From: Porphyromonas sp.
Lineage (GTDB): Bacteria > Bacteroidota > Bacteroidia > Bacteroidales > Porphyromonadaceae
Direction of reading: 5' to 3'
Assembly (NCBI GenBank): GCA_041854825.1
Contig: JBHACZ010000024.1
Coordinates: forward strand, 2,050-66,049
DNA: 64,000 nt
A program made the position numbers and the translations under genes. Every line of letters starts with the position of its first letter. Positions within the stretch are counted from its first letter, which is position 1. Under the pieces are notes generated by a model that worked only from the letters and a program-made list of their open reading frames with translations, did no database searches and was not told the DNA's origin. Positions 1-9,221 of this stretch are shown piece by piece.

Positions 1-62
1 ACCACTATATATATCGTCTATTACTCGGTGTAGACACCGCTAGGCAAAGTACCTAGAGAGGT

Positions 63-1604
63 TTACTTACCTTGATGCTCGGGGCGAAGAAGGTCATTCA
101 CTTCCTTAACAGGATTGAAGGTCTCGATAGGCACCTCGACAAAGAGGGTCGTCCAGTGATGCATAGCTCCATTCCACAGACCAGGACGCTCGAGAGCATG
201 TAGCTCCTGACCGCTTTGGCTCTTGTGGGCGATGAAGGCAGTGCGGGGATTGACAAAGTCTGGTAGGCGATACGCCTCGCCGTGATGATTGCGCAGAGAG
301 CAGACGAGATCCACGGGATTGAAGAAGCTACTTGACTCGAAGATCTCACGCTGACGAGGATCTCCCAGATTGATCTGTGAGCTCTCGAGGATCTGAAGCG
401 AGGTAGATCCATCGCTCTCGCGGATGATGAAGGGACCACCCCCTGGTTCGCCTAGATTGCGCACCATGCCGCACACACGGATCGGACGATCAAGGCGCGT
501 GCGGAGCCACACGTGTAACTCACGGTCGTCACCTGCGACACTCTCGGGGATCGTCACACAGAGATTGCCCTCGACGAACTGGCGCATCTCCTGTAGCTGA
601 GCATGCGAAGGCTTCCCCTCTAGCAGGCGCATATACTCGAAGATCTGCCGACGCAGGGCGACGAGGATCCCCCCGAGAAGCTTCTTGCTCATGATCGTCT
701 CCGCCTTGAGATGGTCGGGAACAACGTTGTCGATATTCTTGATGAAGACGATGTCGGCATCAAGGTCATCGAGATTGCTAATAAGCGCGCCGTGTCCTCC
801 GGGACGTAGGAGAAGCGAACCGTCCGCCTTGCGGAAGAGACTGCCGTCGGGATGCAGAGCAAGCGTATCGGTCGAAGCCTTCTGCTCGCTGAAAGACACG
901 TCATACACCACCCCATGCTTATCCTCATACAGTGGGCGACAGCTCGAGATCATCTGCTCGAAGCCCTGCCTATGCTCGGGAGAGACGGTGAAGTGGATAC
1001 GCACCTTGCCATCGAGGTGGCGGGCATAGAGTGCGCCCTCGACGAGATGCTCGGCAGCGGGCGTACGGCTACCCTTAGGATAGCTATGGAACTGAAGCAT
1101 CCCCTTGGGGAGAGCGCCATAGTTGAGTCCTCGATCATGCAGGAGGTTCTCCACGATGGTCTTGTATGCGCCAGAGGCTATGAGCTTGGGGACGCTCTTC
1201 CAGCTATTGCGCAGGCAGACCTCTCCGAGGCGATCGTAGAAGGCGAATCGACTGATGTGGTCAAAGAAGGTCTTGATCCCCTCCGTCTCGGGCACGTCAC
1301 TCGCACCCTCCAGGAAGGTATAGAGGGACTTGAACATGCGGGACGCGGCACCCGAGGCAGGCACCATCTTACACACGTTAGCCTGCTCAGAGTGCAGATA
1401 CTCCTCCCAGGTATTCATATATAGTGCCTCCTCCTCTCTATCGAGACGGATAATGCCACGCTCTAGCGAGGCAGGAGCCTGGATGTCTAGGTAAGGGAAG
1501 CCTGCACGGATGTCTGACACCTGGCGGCTAGCTTCCTCGACAGAGATGCCCACGCTCTCGAGCTGAGCAAGATCTTGCTCTGTGAATAGATCTGCGATGT
1601 TCAT
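63..1604 (-). CDS. DUF4301 family protein
   Basis: 513 aa ORF; KMVPASGAASRMFK, RPGGHGAL, FIKNIDNV, RPIRVCGMV-N-GEPGGGPF and TFNPVKEVNDLL motifs typical of Bacteroidota DUF4301. Confidence 0.85.
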   Translation of the reverse strand: MNIADLFTEQDLAQLESVGISVEEASRQVSDIRAGFPYLDIQAPASLERGIIRLDREEEALYMNTWEEYLHSEQANVCKMVPASGAASRMFKSLYTFLEGASDVPETEGIKTFFDHISRFAFYDRLGEVCLRNSWKSVPKLIASGAYKTIVENLLHDRGLNYGALPKGMLQFHSYPKGSRTPAAEHLVEGALYARHLDGKVRIHFTVSPEHRQGFEQMISSCRPLYEDKHGVVYDVSFSEQKASTDTLALHPDGSLFRKADGSLLLRPGGHGALISNLDDLDADIVFIKNIDNVVPDHLKAETIMSKKLLGGILVALRRQIFEYMRLLEGKPSHAQLQEMRQFVEGNLCVTIPESVAGDDRELHVWLRTRLDRPIRVCGMVRNLGEPGGGPFIIRESDGSTSLQILESSQINLGDPRQREIFESSSFFNPVDLVCSLRNHHGEAYRLPDFVNPRTAFIAHKSQSGQELHALERPGLWNGAMHHWTTLFVEVPIETFNPVKEVNDLLRPEHQGK

Positions 1605-1619
1605 ATTCTGAATATGTAA

Positions 1620-3068
1620 TTATAATGTCTCACTCTCGGAGACGATGAGTAGGACGTCTCCTGTGGCAAGCTCCAGCTTACCTTTCGGCACGATATACCG
1701 ATCACCACGGCGCACGAGGATGACGAGCTCTTCGTCCCTTAGGTCAATCTCCATGAGCAGATTACCTGCCGACAGCATCTCGGGGACGACGGGGCGTTCC
1801 TCCATCTGCGCGCCTGTATGCTGAGGGATCTCCACTCCGAAGAGGCTTACCGACTCCTCCACCTCTTCGTCTAGCCCAAGGTGCTTGGCGACATATGGGA
1901 GCGTGCTACCCTGTACGAGCAGAGAAACGAGCGTGATGAAGAAGACGATATTGAATAGCGTGTACGCGCCCTCCACACCTGCCAGCAGGGGCATCGTCGC
2001 GAAGATGATGGGCACTGCACCACGGAGCCCTACCCACGAGAGGAAGAGACGACCATTGAAGCTAATATGAGGGAAGAAGAGCAAGCATACGAAGGTCGCT
2101 AGAGGGCGGACCACTAGGATCATCAGCACGGCAGAGAGCAGAGCAAAAGGTGCCACCACGACGAGACTCTCCGCATTGACATACAGCCCGAGCAGGATGA
2201 ACAGCACGATCTGCACCAGCCACGTGATACCGTCAAAGAAAGTCAAGATGCTCTTCTTGTGCACCAGCCTACGATTACCCATCACGACGCCCATGAGATA
2301 CACAGCAAGGAACCCATTCCCCTGTAGGATAGAGGTCAAGGCGAAGGTTGCGAAGACGAGGCAGAGGATGAGGATCGGATAGAGTGCCTCGTTGGAGATA
2401 TTCACCTTGTTGATGAACCACGTCCCGAAACGCCCCATCAGATATCCCAGGCCAATGCCCACGCCAAACTGCAGCACGAAGGTCACAAGGATCGTCCAGC
2501 CCGAGCCTCCACCCTCGCCGATCACATACTGCATCAAGGCAATGGTAAGCATGTACGCCATAGGGTCATTACTTCCACTCTCCAGCTCAAGTATTGGCTT
2601 GAGCCCCTCCTTGAGGTGCATCCTCTGCTCACGAAGGAGACCGAAGACCGAGGCAGAGTCAGTACTCGACATCGTAGCCGCCAGAAGCAGTGCCACTGGG
2701 AAAGTCAATGCCATCCCGAAATACTCGACCTTACCCAGGTAATAGAAGACAGCCCCGAGGAAGACCGTCGTCAGCAATACGCCCACGGTCGAGAGCATTA
2801 TACCTGGTCCCAGCACTGGGCGAATATCCGAGACCCGTGTCTCGAAGCCCCCACAGAAGAGTATAACCGTCAGAGCGATCGTGCCGAAGAACTGTGTCTT
2901 GCCCGTATCGCTATATTCCAGCCCGAAGCCCGAGCTACCGAAGATCATCCCCGTGATGAGGAAGATCAAGAGGGCAGGCACACCGAGACGCGTACCTACC
3001 TTACCTGCCATCATCCCCACCAGCATCACGAGCGCGCCAGCGAGGAGTACTATATTCGTATAATCCAT
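1620..3068 (-). CDS. Potassium/proton antiporter (CPA1, CvrA/NhaP2-like) with C-terminal TrkA-C domain
   Basis: Multi-TM protein; SSTDSASVF, ELESGSNDPMA, WVGLRGAVPIIFA motifs; soluble C-terminal domain. Confidence 0.88.
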   Translation of the reverse strand: MDYTNIVLLAGALVMLVGMMAGKVGTRLGVPALLIFLITGMIFGSSGFGLEYSDTGKTQFFGTIALTVILFCGGFETRVSDIRPVLGPGIMLSTVGVLLTTVFLGAVFYYLGKVEYFGMALTFPVALLLAATMSSTDSASVFGLLREQRMHLKEGLKPILELESGSNDPMAYMLTIALMQYVIGEGGGSGWTILVTFVLQFGVGIGLGYLMGRFGTWFINKVNISNEALYPILILCLVFATFALTSILQGNGFLAVYLMGVVMGNRRLVHKKSILTFFDGITWLVQIVLFILLGLYVNAESLVVVAPFALLSAVLMILVVRPLATFVCLLFFPHISFNGRLFLSWVGLRGAVPIIFATMPLLAGVEGAYTLFNIVFFITLVSLLVQGSTLPYVAKHLGLDEEVEESVSLFGVEIPQHTGAQMEERPVVPEMLSAGNLLMEIDLRDEELVILVRRGDRYIVPKGKLELATGDVLLIVSESETL

Positions 3069-3115
3069 TAACTACTATATTGGGTGAATGCTCCATCTCG
3101 ATGGAGGCTTGGTCT

Positions 3116-4906
3116 CTACTCTCGAATGTCTACTCCGCGGGAGCCTTCGAGGCGATAGCGTTCCTGATTGTGATGATAGCGGGGGAACGTCGTCGTCTCG
3201 ATAATCTGGTTATCTCGCCACAGCAGACCGTCTACACTGCGCGCGAAGAGCAGAGGCGTATCGAACGTCTTGAAGACATTACCCTCGACGAGGATACCCG
3301 CCCCCCCATCACCATAGAAAGGCTTCTGCTGCTTCTCCAGCTCGGGGATCACAGGGAAGATACTGATCACTGCCTCCGTAAACTGATACAGGCTCGTCAG
3401 TACATCCTCGAAGACATTGCCACGGATGACCATCTGGCGCGTCTGCCCGCTCTCGAACCACATGTTGCAGTCGCTACTTACGAGGATGCCAGAGCCCGAG
3501 ATGCGATGAAAGTAGTTGCGCTCGACGAGGATTGGCTTAGAGGTATTGAAGAGCGTACCGCGAGCGCGGTTGTTGTAGATCGTATTGTCAGAGAAAGTCA
3601 CGCTAGGGATCTTGCGCATGTTCTCAATGCCAATGCTCATCTCTGGTGTTACCGTACGAGGCAGAGGTTTGGTGAATGTGATAGCGAACTCGCGTGCGCC
3701 TGCCACATCCGCTTGGTCATAGGGGCGAATGCTCTCGATAACCATCCGCTCGGGCAGTACGTCGAAGGTACGGCTCGCGACCAGCTGCACCGTATCGCCT
3801 GGCACACCCCACTCCATGCCCCACGCCTGATCATGCATATAGCGACCGACGATGGTGTGACGGTCGAGACGCTTGACGAGACGGAGGTAGACCCCATGGA
3901 CATTGATCGCGTCATCCATCATCCCCTCGAAGTAGCTCTCGCGCACATCCACGTGACCACTACAGCCCGAGAAATGCGTGGCGTCCGCCTGCGTCGAGAA
4001 GAGTCGCCCGCCAGGTGTCGGGCGCACATCGAAGCGACGAAGCGACAGGTTGTGACTATTCTGCGCCAGGATACCCATCCCATCGGCATAGTGTATAGTC
4101 ACCTGCTCTAGGCGCGTATCTCGGCTAGCATCGACGAAGACCCCAGGGTTAGGACGGAAGTAGGAGCGCATAGCCACAGCATAGCCAGGCTTGAGCCGTG
4201 CATCGACCCAGCGGGGGGCATGCACGAGAGAGTCCTTCCCGCCATAGAGCTTCGCTCCTGCGGTCGAGTAATCGAGGTCGGAGATCCTATACGCTGTCGT
4301 ACCTCCCGCCTCGACATCATAGACGATACCCGAGATGGGGACGTTGGTATTCGACCCGTGGATGGTGAAGCCTTGTGGCTCTAGCGACCACACGCGCTGC
4401 GTCCCCGTAGAGAAGACGATCCCCTTATCGCCAAGATTCTCCTCGATACGCACCTGCATGATGGCAGGCACCTCGAAGTCTATCGTCAGACGTCGCACCT
4501 CTACCCCCTCACTGCCTAGGATCGCTATCGGGAGCATCTGCCCCTGACAGCTTAGCTGGGCTCCCATACCATCGAGGACGACATGGCGCCGTCCCTCTAG
4601 GAGGACGCCGATGGGGCGAGGTGTGGGGAGCTGATCATGATTGGATATATAGAGCTGGCGCGTAGGCAATGCCTCAGCAGAGAGCTTGTATATCCCTGGG
4701 AGCATCACGAGCGTCAGCGTATCCTCGGGGAGCTGACCGAGTGCATCCAGCACCTCGGGCAGGCGTGCAAGCGAGTTGTCCACCTCGGGGGTAATGCCAT
4801 GCTGTGAGAGCATGATCGTGCGCTGACGAGCCAGGGCTGTATGTCCTGCCACCAGGGCGATGAGTGCCAGGGCGACGAGGCGTAGGCTGATGTATCTAGT
4901 CTTCAT
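3116..4906 (-). CDS. GH110 alpha-1,3-galactosidase (GlaB-like), secreted
   Basis: Signal peptide ending ALA; parallel beta-helix-like repeats; YADGMGILAQ, QADATHFSGC and MMDDAINVHG motifs characteristic of GH110. Confidence 0.85.
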   Translation of the reverse strand: MKTRYISLRLVALALIALVAGHTALARQRTIMLSQHGITPEVDNSLARLPEVLDALGQLPEDTLTLVMLPGIYKLSAEALPTRQLYISNHDQLPTPRPIGVLLEGRRHVVLDGMGAQLSCQGQMLPIAILGSEGVEVRRLTIDFEVPAIMQVRIEENLGDKGIVFSTGTQRVWSLEPQGFTIHGSNTNVPISGIVYDVEAGGTTAYRISDLDYSTAGAKLYGGKDSLVHAPRWVDARLKPGYAVAMRSYFRPNPGVFVDASRDTRLEQVTIHYADGMGILAQNSHNLSLRRFDVRPTPGGRLFSTQADATHFSGCSGHVDVRESYFEGMMDDAINVHGVYLRLVKRLDRHTIVGRYMHDQAWGMEWGVPGDTVQLVASRTFDVLPERMVIESIRPYDQADVAGAREFAITFTKPLPRTVTPEMSIGIENMRKIPSVTFSDNTIYNNRARGTLFNTSKPILVERNYFHRISGSGILVSSDCNMWFESGQTRQMVIRGNVFEDVLTSLYQFTEAVISIFPVIPELEKQQKPFYGDGGAGILVEGNVFKTFDTPLLFARSVDGLLWRDNQIIETTTFPRYHHNQERYRLEGSRGVDIRE

Positions 4907-4939
4907 TCGTACGTATGGTTCGTTATATGATCGTGTCGT

Positions 4940-5539
4940 TTAGTCAAATAGTGTCGGCTCACTCAGCAAGCGAAAGGACGTGCGATGATGGGGCGAGACC
5001 CCATGCTCTGCGATGGCACGGCGATGACTGGGCGTAGGATAACCCTTGTGCCGTTCCCAGCCATAGGCAGGATATTCGCGAGCGAGTAGCTCCATCGCCT
5101 CATCACGATGTGTCTTGGCAAGGATGGAGGCGGCAGCGATGGAGAGCAGTTTGCCATCCCCCTTGACAATGCACTCGTGAGGGATCCCTTCGTAGGGCGC
5201 GAAGCGGTTGCCATCGATCAGCAAACGCTCGGGGCGTAGACCAAGCCCTGCGATGGCACGGTGCATCGCCAGGTGTGATGCCCGCAGGATATTGAGCTGG
5301 TCTATCTCCTCGACCGTGGCAATGCCTACAGCCCAGGCGAGGGCATCACGCTCTATCTCGGCGCGTAGGGTACGGCGCTGACGCTCGGTCAATTTCTTAG
5401 AATCATCGAGCAGCTCATGCCGATACCCCGAGGGCAAGATGACTGCGGCAGCATAGACCGCCCCCGCTAGGCACCCACGCCCAGCCTCATCGACACCGCA
5501 CTCCACGGCACCATCGTCTACATACCTGCTCTGTAGCAT
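4940..5539 (-). CDS. rnhB: Ribonuclease HII
   Basis: [39 protein letters not shown] motifs. Start moved to ATG 5539 (MLQSRY) because a -7 promoter box overlaps the longer ORF start. Confidence 0.95.
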   Translation of the reverse strand: MLQSRYVDDGAVECGVDEAGRGCLAGAVYAAAVILPSGYRHELLDDSKKLTERQRRTLRAEIERDALAWAVGIATVEEIDQLNILRASHLAMHRAIAGLGLRPERLLIDGNRFAPYEGIPHECIVKGDGKLLSIAAASILAKTHRDEAMELLAREYPAYGWERHKGYPTPSHRRAIAEHGVSPHHRTSFRLLSEPTLFD

Positions 5540-5562
5540 CCGTTCGTTGATTCGCTTTCTCA

Positions 5563-5570
5563 CAAAAGTA
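5563..5570 (-). promoter_or_regulatory. Bacteroidota -7 promoter element for rnhB
   Basis: TACTTTTG on the minus strand matches TAnnTTTG, about 24 nt before the ATG. Confidence 0.6.
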
Positions 5571-5691
5571 CAAAAAAACACGCCCATTGTCAAGCCCTCA
5601 ACACTAGGTCAAGCCCCCAAGAGCAAGGAGAGAAAGAGACATCGCGAGAGCTAGCACCTCCCTGCCAGAGACCTTCATCATCCATCGCCCG

Positions 5692-5922
5692 CCCTCTCCC
5701 GAGACCGAATAGAAATACTGCGCGCGCGATCACCCGCGCGCGTACGCGTACGGCAGACTAAGCACCGAAGTGTCACCCGAGTTCCTATTGAAGTGTCAGG
5801 GGAGACCCTATTGAAGTGTCGGGGGAGTCCCTATTGAAGTGTCCGAGGAGTTCCTACTTGAGTGTCCCTCGAGTACCTACTTGAGTGTCGAGGGAGTACC
5901 AAGGTAAGTGTCCGAGGAGTAG
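5692..5922. repeat. Family A array (A1): 7 x 23-bp units plus RY-alternating terminus
   Basis: GTGTC cores at 5770, 5793, 5816, 5839, 5862, 5885, 5908 (exact 23-bp period); unit about CCTATTGAAGTGTCnnnnGAGT; left end is the reverse complement of the terminus seen at 19335-19403. Confidence 0.95.
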
Positions 5923-6043
5923 CAAGGCATGAGGCAGGACACCCACACATTAGGACAGATCATGACACTGGGGCAAACCCTTACGCCCTCTGACATGTTC
6001 TATCTAAGCAATGCCCGACCGTTCGGGCTGTCATCTCACCAGT

Positions 6044-8263
6044 ATGCAGACAACTAACCATAAGCGAGTTAATTATCCCCTACTCGGGCTACACTGCGCA
6101 GGCTGTGCAGCACGCGCCACAGAGGTACTCAGTAGCCAGGAAGGCATCTCCTCGGCGATAGTCAATCTAGCCGCCTCCAGCGTCCTCATCGACTACGACC
6201 CTAGAGCCATCACCCCCGAGCGCATGAGTGCACTCATCACCGAAGCGGGCTACCAGCTCGTCATCGACCAGGACGAAGACGATGCCGAGGGACTAGACCG
6301 CCTCCATCGTGAGGCGTACCGCCAGCAAACGCGCCAGGCGATGACTGCCCTCATCCTCGGCGTGCCGATCATGGTACTCAGCATGATCTACATGCACGAG
6401 CCTATGGCACAGTACATCGTCTGGCTACTCACGACGATCGTGCTGGGATATGCTGGGCGAGGATTCTACTCCCGTGCATGGCGACAGCTTCGCACGGGCG
6501 GACTAGGAATGGACACGCTTGTCGCCCTAAGCACTGGAGTTGCATACATCTACAGCCTCGCCCTGCTGGTCATCTACACACTGGGCGGTATGGCAGAGGT
6601 ACCTCATCTCTACTTCGAGGCTTCGGCTATGATCGTCGCCTTCGTCCTCCTTGGCAAGTGGCTAGAGGCACGTGCCAAGGGGAGCACGACCGAGGCGATA
6701 CGCAAGCTCATGGGGCTTCAGCCTCGTGAGGTCATCCGTCTCGACAGCGAGGGACACGAAGTCCTCACCCCGATCTCTGCCCTTGCACTCGGGGACCACA
6801 TCGTCGTGCGTCCAGGCGAACGTATTGCCGTCGATGGGGTCATTCACTCTGGAGACTCATGGATCGACGAAAGCATGCTCACAGGCGAGTCCATCCCCGT
6901 ACACCGCACGACAGGGGATCGTCTCTTCGCTGGCACGCTCAATGGGCAAGGCGCACTCGTCCTGGAGGCTTCCGCCCTGCGTGCCGACACACGACTAGCG
7001 CGCATCATCCGTCGCGTCCGAGATGCACAGGGCTCGCGTGCGCCGATTCAGAAGCTTGTAGACCGCATTGCGGGGATCTTCGTCCCCATCGTGCTGGGGA
7101 TCTCGCTCCTGACCTTTGCCATCTGGCTCTTCTTCTCGGGATCGCTCGCCACTTCACTCGTGCCGATGATCGCCGTGCTTATCATCGCCTGTCCCTGCGC
7201 CCTAGGGCTTGCCACACCGACCGCCATCATGGTCGGCATAGGCAGGGCAGCCGAAGCAGGCATACTGATCAAGGATGCCGAGAGCCTAGAGCTATCCGCC
7301 TCGATCGACACCATCATCCTAGACAAGACGGGGACACTGACCACTGGACGCCCCCAACTCAGAGGCATCGAGTGGCTACGCCCCGAGACGCCCGAGCTAC
7401 GCGCTACCCTCGTGGCTATAGAGCGCCGTAGTGAGCACCCCCTAGCCCATGCCATCGTAGAGGGACTGGGTGGCACACAGGCGACACACGAGAAGGGGCT
7501 AATGGTGCGAGCCATCGCAGGGCGAGGCGTGCGGGCAACCCGCCCCGACGGCACACGCCTAGTCGTGGGCAATGCCGAGCTCATCACCGAGAGCGGACTT
7601 ATCCTAAGCTCCCACGAGCGCACCGCCCTAGAGCGCGTATATGAGGCTGGGCATACAGCCATCCTGTACGCCGACGCGGACTCGGTGATCGCTATCCTCG
7701 CCGTCGCTGACACACTCCGTCCCACGTCTACCGAGGCGATCCGCGGGCTTAGAGCGCGTGGGATTACCCCGATCATGCTTACAGGCGACCACGAAGGGGT
7801 AGCTCGAGCCATCGCTCACGAAGCGGGCATCGAGACCGTCTACGCTGGCGTACTGCCCGAGCAAAAAGCCGACATCGTACGCACCCTAAGAGCGCAGGGA
7901 CACGTCGTCGCCATGGTCGGTGATGGCATCAACGACAGCGCTGCCCTAGCCGAGGCATCTGTAAGCATCGCCATGGGAAGCGGTAGCGACATCGCCATAG
8001 AGACGGCGATGGTGACCATTGCCTCCGCAGACCTCCTGCGCCTCCCACTCCTCGTACGCCTCTCACAGATGACCCGCCAAACGATTAGGCTCAACCTTTT
8101 CTGGGCATTCGTCTACAACGTGCTAGCCATCCCCGTGGCGATGGGTGTCCTCTATCCCCTATGTGGCTACCTGCTCAGCCCCATGCTCGCCAGCGTGGCA
8201 ATGACCCTCAGTAGCCTAAGCGTCGTCCTAAGCAGTCTATCGCTCCGCTATCGCAAGGTGTAG
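6044..8263 (+). CDS. copA: Copper-translocating P1B-type ATPase
   Basis: N-terminal HMA GLHCAGC, YFEAS, CPCALGLATP, DKTGTLT, SEHP, GDGINDS motifs; start at ATG 6044 preferred (6011 possible). Confidence 0.92.
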   Translation: MQTTNHKRVNYPLLGLHCAGCAARATEVLSSQEGISSAIVNLAASSVLIDYDPRAITPERMSALITEAGYQLVIDQDEDDAEGLDRLHREAYRQQTRQAMTALILGVPIMVLSMIYMHEPMAQYIVWLLTTIVLGYAGRGFYSRAWRQLRTGGLGMDTLVALSTGVAYIYSLALLVIYTLGGMAEVPHLYFEASAMIVAFVLLGKWLEARAKGSTTEAIRKLMGLQPREVIRLDSEGHEVLTPISALALGDHIVVRPGERIAVDGVIHSGDSWIDESMLTGESIPVHRTTGDRLFAGTLNGQGALVLEASALRADTRLARIIRRVRDAQGSRAPIQKLVDRIAGIFVPIVLGISLLTFAIWLFFSGSLATSLVPMIAVLIIACPCALGLATPTAIMVGIGRAAEAGILIKDAESLELSASIDTIILDKTGTLTTGRPQLRGIEWLRPETPELRATLVAIERRSEHPLAHAIVEGLGGTQATHEKGLMVRAIAGRGVRATRPDGTRLVVGNAELITESGLILSSHERTALERVYEAGHTAILYADADSVIAILAVADTLRPTSTEAIRGLRARGITPIMLTGDHEGVARAIAHEAGIETVYAGVLPEQKADIVRTLRAQGHVVAMVGDGINDSAALAEASVSIAMGSGSDIAIETAMVTIASADLLRLPLLVRLSQMTRQTIRLNLFWAFVYNVLAIPVAMGVLYPLCGYLLSPMLASVAMTLSSLSVVLSSLSLRYRKV

Positions 8264-8372
8264 CAGCCCCACATGAAGATCTCGGGGCAGGTAGCCGCTT
8301 CGCTCCCGAACTTAATCCCCGCCCACCGTGTTTTTATCTCAGCAATTAGAGTATTAATCAATTAGCTCTCCT

Positions 8373-9083
8373 ATGAACTACAAAGCAATATGCGCCATCT
8401 GCGCCCTAGCCCTCACGGCTACATTCACCCTCGACGCTCAGAGTAAGGCACGCAAGGGCAAAGCCTCTACTCCTACCCCCGTGGCTACCGAAGTGGTCGC
8501 TGTGCCTGAGTTTACGCTCATCGAGCTTCCCTATAGCCCCGACGCACTCGCTCCAGCGATCAGTGAGGCAACGATCCTCCTGCACCACGGCAAGCACCTG
8601 CAGGGCTATGTCAATAACCTCAACCGCCTCAAGCGTGGCACAGCCTTCGAGAGCGACCCCAGCCTAGAGAGCATCGTGCGCCAGAGCAAAGGGAGCATCT
8701 TCGACAATGCAGGACAGATCCTCAACCACAACCTCTACTTCACTCAGTTTCGTCCCAGCGGTGTAGCCCCCTCGGGGGACATCCTTGAGCGCATCACACG
8801 TCAGTGGGGTAGCTTCGAGGCGTTCCAGACTGCCTTCGAGGGCGAAGGCGCGAAGCTCTTCGGCTCTGGCTGGCTATGGCTTGCCCAGCAGGCTGACGGT
8901 GCACTCGTCATCGTGCGCGAACCCAATGGTAGCAATCCCGTCGCTAGTGGGCTAACGCCCCTGCTCGGCATTGACCTCTGGGAGCATGCCTATTATCTCG
9001 ACTATCAGAATCGACGCGCCGACCATATTCGCGCCCTCTGGTCCATCATCGACTGGAGCGTAGTAGGCAGTCGCCTCCGCTGA
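8373..9083 (+). CDS. sod: Fe/Mn superoxide dismutase with N-terminal signal-peptide-like extension
   Basis: HHGKH, NAGQILNHNLYFTQF, FGSGW, DLWEHAYY metal-ligand motifs; about 45 extra N-terminal residues with a hydrophobic core. Confidence 0.95.
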   Translation: MNYKAICAICALALTATFTLDAQSKARKGKASTPTPVATEVVAVPEFTLIELPYSPDALAPAISEATILLHHGKHLQGYVNNLNRLKRGTAFESDPSLESIVRQSKGSIFDNAGQILNHNLYFTQFRPSGVAPSGDILERITRQWGSFEAFQTAFEGEGAKLFGSGWLWLAQQADGALVIVREPNGSNPVASGLTPLLGIDLWEHAYYLDYQNRRADHIRALWSIIDWSVVGSRLR

Positions 9084-9105
9084 GGCAGACAGCCTCTAAT
9101 AGTCC

Positions 9106-9148
9106 TCGCCCGAGACACTATAGCTGTAGTGCCTCGGGCGATTCCTTT
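9106..9148 (+). terminator. Hairpin terminator after sod
   Basis: TCGCCCGAGACACTA / TAGTGCCTCGGGCGA inverted repeat followed by TTCCTTT. Confidence 0.7.
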
Positions 9149-9194
9149 CAGTCTCTCCGCTCAGGTGGGACAACCATAGTCGAGGGTTATTTCG

Positions 9195-9202
9195 TACCTT
9201 TG
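9195..9202 (+). promoter_or_regulatory. -7 promoter element for acyltransferase
   Basis: TACCTTTG about 20 nt before ATG 9222. Confidence 0.6.
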
Positions 9203-9221
9203 TCTCTATACGAGACTACAC

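Noticed and set aside
98-4111. Long antisense or alternative-frame ORFs (e.g. 852-1424, 3080-4111, 7048-7812, 17555-18199, 25495-26139, 26626-27315)
   Set aside because: They fully overlap well-supported genes and have no motifs; shadow ORFs are expected in GC-rich coding DNA.
5770-5912. Arrays A-D as CRISPR arrays
   Set aside because: Units are directly contiguous with a 21/23-bp period and only about 4-8 nt of low-diversity variation; there are no unique 25-40 nt spacers and no cas genes in the window.
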